A DNA stretch of 64,000 nucleotides from Glaucostegus cemiculus (taxonomy: Eukaryota): the NCBI GenBank assembly GCA_976551045.1, contig CDPCPM010000106.1:23746001-23810000 (forward strand). Reading direction: 5' to 3'. Below the pieces are notes generated by a model. It made no database searches and was not told where the DNA came from. It worked only from the letters and a program-made list of their open reading frames with translations. How positions within the stretch are numbered: position 1 is the first letter of the stretch; every line of letters starts with the position of its first letter. The position numbers and the translations under genes were made by a program. Of the stretch, positions 35,891 to 48,190 are shown piece after piece.

Positions 35891-38800
35891 TTCTTATAAT
35901 CCTTTACTTCTGATGTTCAGACCTTTTTTAACAAGTTTAAATAAACTATCATGCCTAAGTTACATCACCCATCACAATATCAAGACAGACTAGCCTTATA
36001 GGTCAACCTTGCAAGCTACATACTTCTGCTCACTGGCCATTTCCAGACTGCACCACTATGAGGAAATACAGGCAGAAAAGCAGGATATTGGGACGACAAC
36101 TGTCCCAGTCCCTACGATGTGACTGAGGAGGAATCATTGACTCAGTATCCTCACCTTTGCTTCATTCTTTCATTTGACCACATTGCAGATAAATCCATTG
36201 CATTTGCCTTTTCTACTGTTGTTGCTGAAGGCACCTCCAGAACTTCAGATCCTTGGAACTAACTCAATCTGCTCTTTGGTCAGGGATTAACAATATTTAT
36301 TACAGTATAAGTTCATCACATTACAATTAAAGAGCAAGATTCCATACCTTTGTAGATGATTTATAGTTTGATGAATTAAATTGCAGAAACCAAAAATGAT
36401 TGTATTGTTTCTGACTGAAGTTCAACTCACTGGCATTAAAGAGAAGCTCCTACATCACTATAGCATTTCCAGCACTGCCCACAGCTGTCAATTACATCCA
36501 CGACATTCCATGAACCCAATTTAATGGCATTGCTCAGACCATTTGGATGACGATGTTATTAAAGCCCACGGTGCATATGGTTGGTGCAGGCACTTATTAT
36601 GACCGGTGGGCTACTAATAACTGATGCGCTAAAACTGGAGCAAACAAGCATCATTCACTGCAAATGCAAGTAAATCAAACTGTTGAATAGATGTATGTTT
36701 AGAATCCCAAAGCAAAGAAGCTGAGTATGTGGAAAACTAGACAATAAAAATCAGCAATAAACTTCAGAGACAAGTGGAATTTTCAGAATATGGAGGCCAT
36801 TGTGAAATAAGTTTAAATGTTTTAACAAGGTTTTATTTTTATTGAAACTTGTTCAGTGTTTGATGTCATTGACCCAGAGGGCAACTGTAATTAAATTGAT
36901 TAACAATTCATAAGTTTATCTTATATTTCCTTGCACTTCCAATCTTGAAGAGGATGTGTAACTGGAAAAACAAGGTATTAATGAGTAAATGCAATGGAGG
37001 ATGAAGAATCCCTGTTATGAAATGTAAACAACTTCTGATGTTCAGTAATGCATGCTAAACTCTTGAGTGTGCACCTTGCTCTGTTCCTTTTTCTGAAGAA
37101 CCATGGCTCCCACCCTCAGTTAAAAACAGGCAAAATATAGAGTTGAATTGTGCACTCGGCACTTTGGCGCTAAGGCAGGAAGGCACCAGCCAGCTCTGTA
37201 ATGGCTGAACAATCGATCACTGTTTCTCTTCTTTATTCCAGTTGCCACCATTAGTTTTTATTGACTCTCACATTCTATCAATAGCAGCCCTCTAAAGGAG
37301 CCCTTTGTATTTATGAACCTTTCTGTCCTGTGTGGCTATCGCACTCTATCATCCGAATGGCCTTTCTGGCCCGAGATGGATGGCCACTCTGTCACTGCTT
37401 TCAATTCAGGCTTTAAAACCAATTACTTTCTTATTAAAACTGGTGTGGGTCCTACAGGCAGGGCTGAGTCAGGAGCACAGACCCCTGATGGCAAGCATCT
37501 GTCACCCAGGGAACGAGATAAGTCGTTCGATGTGTCAGGGTTAATAGAAATTTAGAGCCCCAGGCAATGTCCAGACAAAGGGACTGTTGTGACTGCACTA
37601 TCAGTGTGAGCGATTTATACACATTCCATACTACTACTCTACAGCACTAAACAGTGGAAACCTCCCTCAATACTGCAATGCCAACATTGTCTGAGAAGGG
37701 GTGTGTAGATTGGACATTAGATATTCGGTTTAATGAACATATCATAGACTTCACTCATATTAACATATCTTGTTGAGGAATGTAAAATCCAACATTTTAA
37801 TTGAATAGATTAAACGTGGAGATGGTTGTTTGGAATTATGTTCAAATCATTGAACTTTGAGAGAGTATTTTTAAAAATCTATCAAAATGCCACCTCCCCA
37901 TCATCCAAATCACAAAACCAAATTAACGGAATTTTGAACATATTTAAAGGAGAAACGGAAAGGGGAATGTTGGATATTGTTGATAACAATTTCAGCAATT
38001 TTATCCAAGACATTATTGCCTAAGTAAAATCAAAAATGGCCAGAGAAATAGACGTGACCCATAGGTTTCACAAGAAAAATTATGTTACACATTTTTAAGG
38101 AGATGTTCTCAATTTAAAAGTTTGGAAGGACTGTCACTGATGGGGATTACCCTACAGCAATCATCAATACCACTTGATCATTGCCAGATAGGGCTTTATT
38201 AGAATGTGATTTGTTGCAAAACAGAATCCATCTGTAAACAATAATAACTACACTTACATACTTACACAATTGCCCAAATGTAGTGACCAATTAGTGGTAC
38301 TGTGTTAACCACAAGGTGAAAGTTACATAAGCAAAGTTAAGTTGAATCAGTCAGTAAACAGGGGTTCAGATCAGTAAGTCTCTTTCACTTCTGGAACTTA
38401 ACGTCAAACCTCATCCAGGCAGATAGCGTAAAGGCTATTTTCTTTCTTGCATGAGAAACTGTGTTGGAGCGATATCGTCTTGATTTTCTAACCTGAACTG
38501 ATGGACTATCTCAAATCCATTGAAGGCAATGAAATAAATCTCCAGGTTCTTATCTCCTCAAAATTCAGCAGCTTTGGTCCAGCTTCCAAAATTGTCTCAC
38601 AAAGATGTCATGTTTGGGAATCAGAAAGATTATTTTTGTAAAATGTGTAATACTCATCTTTATTTATATTCTATCTATTTTTCTCCTCCATATTTTCTGC
38701 AACATTTTTTCCTTTTAAGTCAATATCAATATCGCTGGGCTGAGAAGAATTTATTGTGTAATAACCCAAGTATCATTATCCTCATCCCTTCCTACATCAG

Positions 38801-39677
38801 CTCAACTAATAGCTCTATGGGCTGCCCTGGGCTCTTTCAGTAGATAGTTAAAGTCCGCCAATGTGAAAAGGATCAACTCCACCATAAACAGTCTTGGTAC
38901 TGGAACCTAAACTCTGTGCATGAGTTCAGTTTTCTGAGCTTCTGACACCTTATGCAGAGAAAGATTTTTCATATATTTATGAGAAGGTAAGCCAGCCACA
39001 GGTGGAGAAACAACAAAAAAATCCAATTAACATGTGGCAGCTTTACTGGTACTTCAGTGGAAATAGCAAAACTGTTAGTTTGATCAATTCCAGAAGAACG
39101 GATCAAAGCATTTACATCAAAGCTCTTCTATCTGAACTATTCCCACACAGAGAAACAGTAAACAAAAGCAAACTTCAAAGATACCTTTGCTGGAACCGCT
39201 GCTGCTTTTTATTGTGGGGTGACTGATTTAAGCAATTGTTTTGTTCGTGGTGCTACTGGCTGTGGCTGTTTTGTTTTGTTTGAAGTGCTTGCATTTTCTT
39301 TTGAATTGACCTGTTTTTATTCTTCTCTTGCTCATCAAGGTAAGGAGTATATGACTGGCAGGAACTGGCACCCTTTCCACTTCAGGCATCCAGTGTCAGT
39401 AGCAAGCTGGATGTAGGTAAAGCATCTACTCTCTGATCACAAGTGGGAGAGCAAACTGTTTGACCATTGTCATAAGTGTTGCCATTAACCAGGCATATTA
39501 TTCTAATATTAGTTCTGTTTAAGTAGATAACAATGCCGCTTGGTGCCAAACTAGAAGCAGTGTTAGTCCCATGCATTTTAGAAACTGGATGGAGACTGCC
39601 CAGTCCTATTCCACATAGAGCCTTTGATAACCAATGGAGAATTTCTTCCTTCCAATCTGAACTGGCTGTGAATTTAC

Positions 39678-40220
39678 AAACAAGCTGCTGGAGGTCAAGC
39701 AGGGGGTCAAGCAGCATCTGTGGGAAGAAAGGAATTGCTGACATTTTGGGTTGAAACCCTGCATCGGGACTGAGAGTGGAGAGGTGAGATGGCCAGTATA
39801 AAGAGGAGAAGGGGAGTGGTGAAAAAGATTCCAAGGTGATTGGTGGACTGAGGAAGGGGTAAGATGACAGGCAGGTAGTGCCAGGTAGGGGAGGTGAGTG
39901 GAGTGTGGAGTTGCGAGACAGTGGCAGGTGAATGAAAGAGAGAGGAAAAAAGGGGAGGCAACTGCTGGAGGGAGATAAGCAGGAACACAAGGGGTTACTA
40001 GTGCTAGATTCTAATAAGTAAAGGATGTGAGAGTGGGAACCATTAGGGGAGAGGAGAACAACAGTTGAAACCAGAAGCGGGAGGAGACCTGTGTGTGAAG
40101 TGGGTGGATGAAATCAGAAGGGGGAAGGGGATTAAGATGGGTGAAGTGGGGGCTGGAGGGTGTGGTGGGAAAGGGGACAAAAAATGGGAGGACTGGAGGA
40201 GGATCAGAAGGGATGGGGGT
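39678..40220 (-). mobile_element. Penelope-like terminal repeat with purine-rich body
   Basis: GCTGCTGGAGG...CAAGCAGCATCTGTGGG...GACATTTTGGGTTGAAACCCTGCATCGGGACTGAG, followed by a GA-rich stretch. Confidence 0.75.
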
Positions 40221-40284
40221 CTGATTTTCTTGATTTGCTTGATCCCCTGATTTTCATGTCCACATATCCACTTTGCCTTTTACA

Positions 40285-40830
40285 TTAAATGAAGGGTCAT
40301 TGACCTAAGTGCCGACCCTCTTCTCCATCCCCAGATATTGCCCGGCTGCTGAGTATTTCCAGCACTTTCTATTTTATTGCCCTTTTCATTTACTGGTTCT
40401 GTCCCTTTTCGGATCATTATTTGCATCATGTCTTCATGACTTTGCAGTTCTTGTACTTAACAATTTTTCCCGTATATGAAACAAAAGCATTCAAAAGCAA
40501 AATACAGCAGATACTGTAAATATGGAATAAAACATTAAATGTTTGAAATATTCAGCAATTCAAGCCGCATCTGTTGAGAGGGAAATAGAATTCAGTTATC
40601 AACCCGAAACCTTAACTTTCTTTCACTCTCCACAGATGCTGCCTGACCTGAGAATTTCTAGCCCAGGAACCTTTGTGACCAGAAACATCAACCATTTCTC
40701 TTTCCACAGATGCTGCCTAACTTGTTGTATGTTTCCTGCACTTTCTGTTTTTATTTAAGATTTCCAGCACTCTGGCTTTTTGAGTTTCTTTTTCTGTGTA
40801 TTGCTGGCAATTTTTGTTTTTATTTAATAT
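40285..40830. mobile_element. Cluster of tandem and inverted Penelope-like termini
   Basis: Repeated CCACAGATGCTGCCT(G/A)AC units at about 40630 and 40704, with an inverted AAAAGCAAAATACAGCAGAT copy at about 40493. Confidence 0.7.
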
Positions 40831-40877
40831 TCATTACATTTTAACCCAATGTTTGGCCACTCCAGATTAATGTTTTC

Positions 40878-41160
40878 AGAGAGTCACAGAGTCAGATAGC
40901 ACAGAAACAGTGCCTTTGGCCCACTATGTCTGTACTGACCATCAAATACCCATCTTTACTTATCCCAGTTACCCACACTTGGTAGCCTCTGTACCTTGTC
41001 TAGATACTTCTTAAATGTTATGAGAGTTTCTGTTTCCACAATCCCTTCAGGAAGTGTGTTCTAGATTCCAAGTGCCCTTGGGTGACAAAGTTCTGCCACA
41101 GACACCCTCTAAACCTCTCACCCTTACCCTAAACCAATGCTCTCTAGTTTAATCCACTTT
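40878..41160 (-). mobile_element. CR1/HER1-type 3' end
   Basis: CACAGAAACAGTGCCTTTGGCCCAC tail and GGAAGTGTGTTCTAGATT (antisense of a WNxLP-like region). Confidence 0.75.
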
Positions 41161-42859
41161 TTCCTCTCATCTTAAACTTAATGTTATTTGCAGTCCTTCC
41201 CAACATTGTGCAGTCAGAAGACTTGTAGAACTCTATTTCAATGTTGTGTTCTGAATCAGTAATATGCATCCAAAGCAATAATGGGCACAACTACTCAACT
41301 CTTCGTACATAACCACTGCTTCAAGGTGCAACTGCCCAATATAACAGTTATACTCGTCCTCTTCTGTTAAATAAACTAATTTACAGAGACCTTTGCTCTT
41401 GCCCATTAATTGATTCAAATGATCCCCAATTTGCCAAGCCAGTGCACAAATGTTTATCATTTCTAAACTCATTGTGACACATAATCCAACGCCATTGGCA
41501 ATTAAATTTTCAAACCAAATCATCATCATTTCGACTTCCTGGACATAAACTAGAGCAGAAGTATTACTGCAAATCCAACCAAATATACAAACAACCAATC
41601 AGATTTCAGGACAAGAAGTTCACTTGTGTTTTTTTAAATTGACTGGTTCATACAAGTCACATGACACAATCTCCATGAGCAATTGTTGTCAATTGCCGAC
41701 CATCAGTCATTCAACTATCTGAACCACATCCGACCTCAGAAATCACTCGTTCCGGCTTGTCATCTGATTTTAATGAAACCGGAATGAGCCAAAGCTCCGA
41801 GGAATTAAAGTAAACAGACATTTAAACTCTGACCCTCACTGCTTACCATCTGAGTTCAGAACAGTGTCATTCAGTCGCATCCAGTTTGGTATTTTTTATA
41901 AGTGTAAACAGAGTCTGTAAATCATTTCACTTCATGGGAATCAGCTGTGTTAGATGGTGGTGTATTGGAACACGGCACTTGGAAAAAGAGCCTGCAGAAT
42001 TACCCCTTTTTTGCTGAGAGAAACAGAAGAAATTCCATTAATTCAGTCGCAATAAGAAAAAAAACAATTTTATTCAACAAATTCTGTCAATAGAAATATT
42101 GGAGAGCATCTTAAGTAAATTTGCACCATTAAGTTTTACAAGATAATAGTGCTATTTATTTACATGTAAGAAAAATAAAGAATACTAAAGACATAGCAGT
42201 GTGTTGCTTTGTAACCCATGTTGTGAAGACATTGCTAACAGCTTATATCTTCTGTGACTTTCATAGTTGCCCTGGGATTTAGGTTTTATTGAGATTTTTT
42301 TCATTAAATATTCCAGAATTCAAGGACAACCCCAGGAATTCTGTTACATCCACTGAAAATTAGATGATAAGTAATTAGATCCAACTGCATTGAAATTGTC
42401 TTCCAAATACAGAATATAATAAAAGTAAAATGATGACTGACAAACAATATTGTATTTTCAAAGCTAATTAAAGTCCTTTCAAACTCCCAGTGTAGTGATA
42501 GCCAAAGGAGAAGAACTTTTATCTCTCACTGCAGAGACCAATTTTCTGTTTCAGGTGAAAGGTTTGTTGTGGGAAATAAAATGTCATGAGTGGAAATTTA
42601 GTATCGTGCTTACCCTTAAAAAGTAACTGGCTCCTGAATATGAGACAACTTACTAGATGCTGGTGATTTCAGTGACTGATTTGGAGCTCTTCACTGGTGT
42701 GGTGTTTTGAACTGCTCACTGTACATAAAGAGCAGTTTAACCACGATATAACATAACTTCCACCCAGTGAACTCCAGACCCATGTAATAGCTGTACAAAT
42801 ATTCCATTATCTTTTTTTCATATTTTTAAATTCTTGCCCACGATGTTTCAATAAGCCAA

Positions 42860-44330
42860 CAGCTCTCTTTGGACTTACAACTTTTTACTTTTTAGGAAGT
42901 TCTCCATTCTATGGTTTTTAGGTCCAAAGTGGATGGTTTCTACTTCTGGCAGGACCTGCACTGAAATTGATTTACCACAACTTTTCCCACTTGCTTACCT
43001 TATTAATCTATCCTTATAATTTCATGCTTTATCTGCACTGCTTCCAGTGCTGCTCATTGTAATGTCATCAACAAATATGTACAAATGGCTTTTTATTTCA
43101 TTCGAATCATTTATAAATGTGACGAATCACTACAACCGCAACACATTTCTTTGTGGGACACCGCTAATTATATGATGCTAAGTTGAATATCTGCCCATTA
43201 TTCCTATTCTGTCTTCAGGCAATCAGCTTGTTTTCTAGCTAGGTCAATAATTTCCTTTCGGTGCAATGATCTTCAGCTTTGACTAACAGTCTCATATCAA
43301 ATGCCTACAAGAAAACAATATGAGTAACACCATTGAAATTTCCTTGTCCATTACTTTGTCACCTTAATCCATCAAGTGTATTGGGTATACTTGGCTCCTT
43401 TTAATCCAATAACAATTTTCAACATGTCCTTTCTTAATTATAGATTACATTAATTTTCTGCACAATAGCTGTTAGGCTAACTTCACTAAAATTCCATGGA
43501 TTCCTTTTCTCATCTTTCTCAAATAGTGCAGACACCTGCTCTATTTTCCAATTCTAAATACAGGTTTCCAAAGTGAAAGAACTTTGGAAGAATATGGTTA
43601 GCGTATCTGCAATGTTCTCACTGTCCCTGTAAAAGCCTGGGTTGGAAAGCATTTGGTCCTGAGGATACATCAGTCTTTAATTCTACTATTGGAAATACTC
43701 AGCAGCTCAGCCAGCATCTGTAGAGAGAGAAGCAAAGTTAATGTTTCTGAGTATTTCCATCATTTTCTGGGTTTTTTTCAGATTTCCATCATCTGTAGTT
43801 TTTTAAATTTATTTTGTTGTTTTCTTCTTCACTGTTATTTTGTTTACATTCATTTAGTGAATCCCTCACTTTGAATTTATATCTTTTTTTATCTATATCA
43901 GGTTGTTATCTTCTTACTCTTCTCTAAGTACTAGTTAAGAGTAATTGTATAACAGATCCACCATTTTCTTAGCTTTACCTACAATGTCACTGTATCCATT
44001 TTTAAGGAGCCAACACAGTTATAATCACATTATTTTTCCAAATATAACTGGAATTGTTTCTGTTGATATTGGTAACTTGCGAGTTCTTTTCAAACATTTT
44101 TGTAAATCCTACTTATGCTGTTCTTGTATCTCTCCTATTCAACAGGATCTGCATTACTTTTAACTTTTTCTAAGATTTTCTTTTAAATTTAACTTGTCCC
44201 TTACCTTGTGAATTATTCAGGACAGGGTTTTGGCAAGTGGAGCTCTTGCCCTTGTGGGAATTAAAATGGGTCTCTGTCACACTCCTTTGCAACATCTGTC
44301 TCTGCTCTACTTTACTGTTGTGGTTTTACT
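42860..44330 (-). mobile_element. Very degenerate CR1 ORF2 with an embedded Penelope-like inverted terminus at about 43685-43810
   Basis: TTGTGGGACACCGCTAAT (antisense of ISGVPQ), GTCATCAACAAAT (FVDD) and TTTGGTCCTG (~PGP). Confidence 0.65.
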
Positions 44331-46759
44331 CACCAGTACATTCACCAAATTAATCGGGAATTATTTCTGCCTCAGCTCATAGATGTCAGTCTTACTTAAG
44401 ATGAGAATATTAGTAACCTTTGTGTATCTTCCTTTCAAACATTAGATGTGATTACCCTGGTGCAGGTGGTCTTGGATACAGCCTAATACCCTAAATCTTC
44501 ACTCAAGATAGTTAGAACCTTTTAAAAATAATTCAAATGGACTTAGATATTTTTAATTATTAAAAGATATTTAAAAAATATATAAAAACAATGACAAAAC
44601 GTAAAATTATAAACACTACTAATCAATCAATAACCCATTTACCTTCGCGTACATTTTATTTAGGATCAATAGTCCCACTTAGTATTATGGTCTGCTCTGT
44701 ACATCTGGATTGAGAGTTAAGTCCAGTGATAGAGCAAGTGGTCAGAGACAGAAACTATGACTAACTCATCTTCAATTTCCATGTTTCAAAGCACAGAAAA
44801 GGAAGTTGGAGATTAGCTGAAGAGCAAGCTGAAGTTAAAGAACCATGACTAAGATTTCTTTTCAATAATTGCTCACCCACTGTTAGGCTCTTAACTCAAT
44901 CTATTACTAAATCTATTTGTTTTCTCTGGAACTTTGTGCTGAAAACTGTCCTCACCCTCTCCTGTAGTTCACTATCAGACATGAGTTGGTCTTCTTATTG
45001 AAATGTGCGTGAAATTTAAGATCCCACATTAAGACCACTCTACTTTTACCACATGCTTGCCTTACTTCATGTTTATGCATTTCTGCCATTTAATTGCTGC
45101 AACAACAGACCTGTCCACACTCCCACAAAACTATTACATGATTTTCCATTTTTTATAACTAGTCATGAAGTGTTCACTATTTGGCTACCTTGTTATATCT
45201 TCTCATTGCTGAGATAATAACATTCTTTTCTCATGAAGGTGACTCCTTCCCTCATTCATTATTCATATCTTTCCTGTAGACTTTATAATCTGTTAATGTG
45301 AGTTCAGTAGTTATTCTGCTTCAGCATCTAAGTTGAATGTATTGCTGCAATTCATTTAGTTTGCTCCTATGTTTAACAAACTTTTATTTGGTCCACATAT
45401 TCCAATCTGACCTTGCATATTTTAGGTAATATCTCACACTTAGCTGTTGTTATTGTTCTGGTTGGTTTTCTTGTTGAAGCTTCCTTGCACAGGATAACAA
45501 TCATTAGTGATGGCTGTGCTAAACAAGATATTCTCCTCTCCACTCCTTAGGCAAGGTCAGTAAGCAGTTCATTAATTCTTAACCTCAGAAAGCCACTCTT
45601 TAGCTCAGCAGTATGACATTTCTATTTCCAGCAAAATAAATTTGCCTAATTAGAGTGAAATTCTGCCTGTTATAGACCACATAGAAATTGTTGAGGTTAT
45701 AAGACAAGGTGGATGTTTCCATGAACCAGCGTTATTGAATTTCCAGCCATTTAAATATTAAACATATGTATTTATTTGTTTAGTTTATGCTATGATGGCA
45801 TTAGTAAATAACAGGAAGGTGAACAGAACTGCATGCCAGTTGGTCATTTGAAAAATTTGGGCTAAGATCATGTCCTTCAATTGGTTAGAATAACCTAAAT
45901 TCCCCTGGTACAAGCCATCTTTAATGTTACTCTTTAATTGTCTGATCATAGTTAGATTCCCCGGCAGCTTTGCATACTCCTTAGGTCAAAATCATTTCTC
46001 ATCTGTGTAGGAACCAAGTATAAAAAAGACACAGATTAATTATGTCTTTTAACAAGACATTTTTTATGTTCTTTGCTTCTATAAACTTATCCTCTTTTCA
46101 TCAAAGTTAACCCTCTTAACATATCTTCCCTTTCACATTTTGATGGACAAGACAACTTAAGGAATGATTTTATTCCTGGACATTTGAATATTCCACTGTG
46201 GTCATTCTAGTAACTAATCCATGTCAGTGATTAAGCTTAACCACTAACATTACTAGCTGAGGTCAGTTAGGTACCCACCACATTATCAGAAGTAACATTT
46301 CCATAACATTGTCATGTTCAGAATTTCTTATTGTTCTTAAATCCTTCCACTTTCAGTTTAGAAGGCTTGAGAAAAAGTGTCAAAATATCCCAGAAGAACT
46401 TCCTCATATTATATAATGCATAATATGTACGTGTACTAAATCTATAAACATAGGGATTGATCTGGTTTGATGCCCTGAATTAACAGGCAATGTAACATGG
46501 CAACTGAGATCTGGAGGTTATGCCAGTGTTGGCATATTTTAACTCACAGAATACTTTGGTGAAAACAGGATGCATCACTCACTTTCCTTTCATGCACTGA
46601 TTAAAATTGCAGAAAATCCCTAGAAGCTTGTGCAGCCTCCAGGTTTGTGGGTATTCACCGCAGCTTCAATCCTGTGCAAGTGAGTTCCCATAGCAATCCT
46701 TTGATTTAGAGAAAGTGAGTTGAATGACAAGTTGTTCAATATAAGAATGAGTTCAACCA

Positions 46760-47275
46760 ATCAACTGAGGTGGAGGGGGAGGGGTGGCTGGTTCGTCCTC
46801 TGTTCAAGGAAGAAAGAGAAGCCCTCGGACCATCCTCCCATAGGATGGAGGTGTAGAGTAATTAGACATCCATGATCAAGTTGAGCCAGTGGAGACCAGG
46901 AAACTATCAAAGTGGTGGATGTAAGTGGGAAGGAACTGGACAAGGGGGTAGACAGAAATTCAAGGTAGGAAGGACATGCTGAAACCATATGTCCATCAGA
47001 ACTGTTTATTGTGCGGATATTGGGGAGGAGGTAGAAGCAGGTTTTACAAGCTTGGTGTCTAAAGGCAAAGCTGTGGAGGTAAGATCTCTGGAGGAAGTAA
47101 GGTCGGTGACTGTCTGGGAAACAATGGCCTGATGTTCATCATTAGAGTCAATGTCTGGGGGAAGATAAGAGGAGGTGTCTGAGATTTGATATTTGACCTC
47201 AGTGAGGTCTGTTTGCCAAACAAAACAACATCGGCCTTGTCAGCAGGTTTGAGGACAATTTTGGGGTTGCTCCTT
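46760..47275 (-). mobile_element. Penelope-like element reverse transcriptase fragment
   Basis: RSNPKIVLKPADKADVV (~IKPADKGGAVV), FYLLPNI (~YLLPKIHK), MVSACPS and IMDV.LLYTSI (~DVxSLYTSIP). Confidence 0.85.
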
Positions 47276-47279
47276 TCAG

Positions 47280-47450
47280 GCTTTTCACTTGTTCTCTCTA
47301 CATTTCCTCCTCCTCTCTGAAATTTAAAATAAACTTGTTTTCTCTTTTTCCAGTTCCGATGAAGGGCCAATAATTTGAACTGTTAACTTTGATTCGCCCT
47401 CTACAGAAGCTGCCTGACCTGCTGAGTACTCCTGCAGTTTCTGTTTTTAG
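47280..47450 (+). mobile_element. Penelope-like terminal repeat, inverted relative to the adjacent RT fragment
   Basis: CCAGTTCCGATGAAGGGCC...GTTAACTTTG...GCTGCCTGACCTGCTGAGTACTCC. Confidence 0.75.
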
Positions 47451-47579
47451 CACCACATCAGTACAACTGACCAGCTCCTTCCATTGTAAAGTACCACCAA
47501 GCACAGGCAGAGACAGCCCGTAATCACACTGATTTCAGGCTAATGTGATTATCACTCTTGCAACAGGTGAACTTGTGGG

Positions 47580-48190
47580 CTAGGGCTTGCAATAATTTTG
47601 CACTGAACTGCCAACATTTTTCTGTGGATGTGCCACCAAGTTCAAGATTCCAGCATGAACATGGGAGCCACAAATTTGTTGGCCACTCCTTGTTGATTTT
47701 TCCCTGGCAGTAATCGGATGTTGGATTCCTCATGAAATCTGAAGTAATTCCCTAAATTTGGCACAGGAATTGAGAGACCATATATTTGAAAGAATAGGTT
47801 TAAGTATAAGGTAATTTACAATTTTCATGATCTGATTTTACTTAAATATTTCTGTTTTTAAAAGTTTTATTATTTTTTATTTTTAACTGCTTTATGTAGT
47901 CTTTGAATAGTCAGGAACATTCAGAAGCATTTAATTTCTTGATAAGTTAACAGTTGGTTAAGCGAGGGTAATGATTAATCTGATGGTTAAAGATTCTTTT
48001 CTGTTACTTTAAGAGTGGGGTTAGCTCTGGCCCAACCACATTACAGCATAATATCATGTTAAGTCCTCCTTCTGCACCCGGTCTCATTATTTTGGATCCA
48101 TGCGGCTTTGGGCGGTAGTTCGGCATTAGTTCTACATAGGGATCAGTGGCAAGTGTGGACTGCTCACCAATGGAAGCAATCTTAGGCCCA
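47580..48190 (+). repeat. Unclassified non-autonomous repeat with AT-rich core (MITE-like); related in reverse to 57280-57900
   Basis: Shared blocks CATTCAGA..TGAT..T.ACAG.TGG.TAAG..AAAGATT and TTAGT.CTACATA; ends AATCTTAGGCCC. Confidence 0.45.

Noticed and set aside
39382-39990. 202-aa minus-strand ORF, the longest in the window
   Set aside because: Mostly pyrimidine-rich Penelope terminal repeat; the low complexity suppresses stop codons.
41233-41598. 121-aa minus-strand ORF
   Set aside because: It loosely follows a decayed LINE RT layout (WFxN, QIGDHL, EED, ELSSCAHYC), has no splice signals and matches no host protein I recognise.
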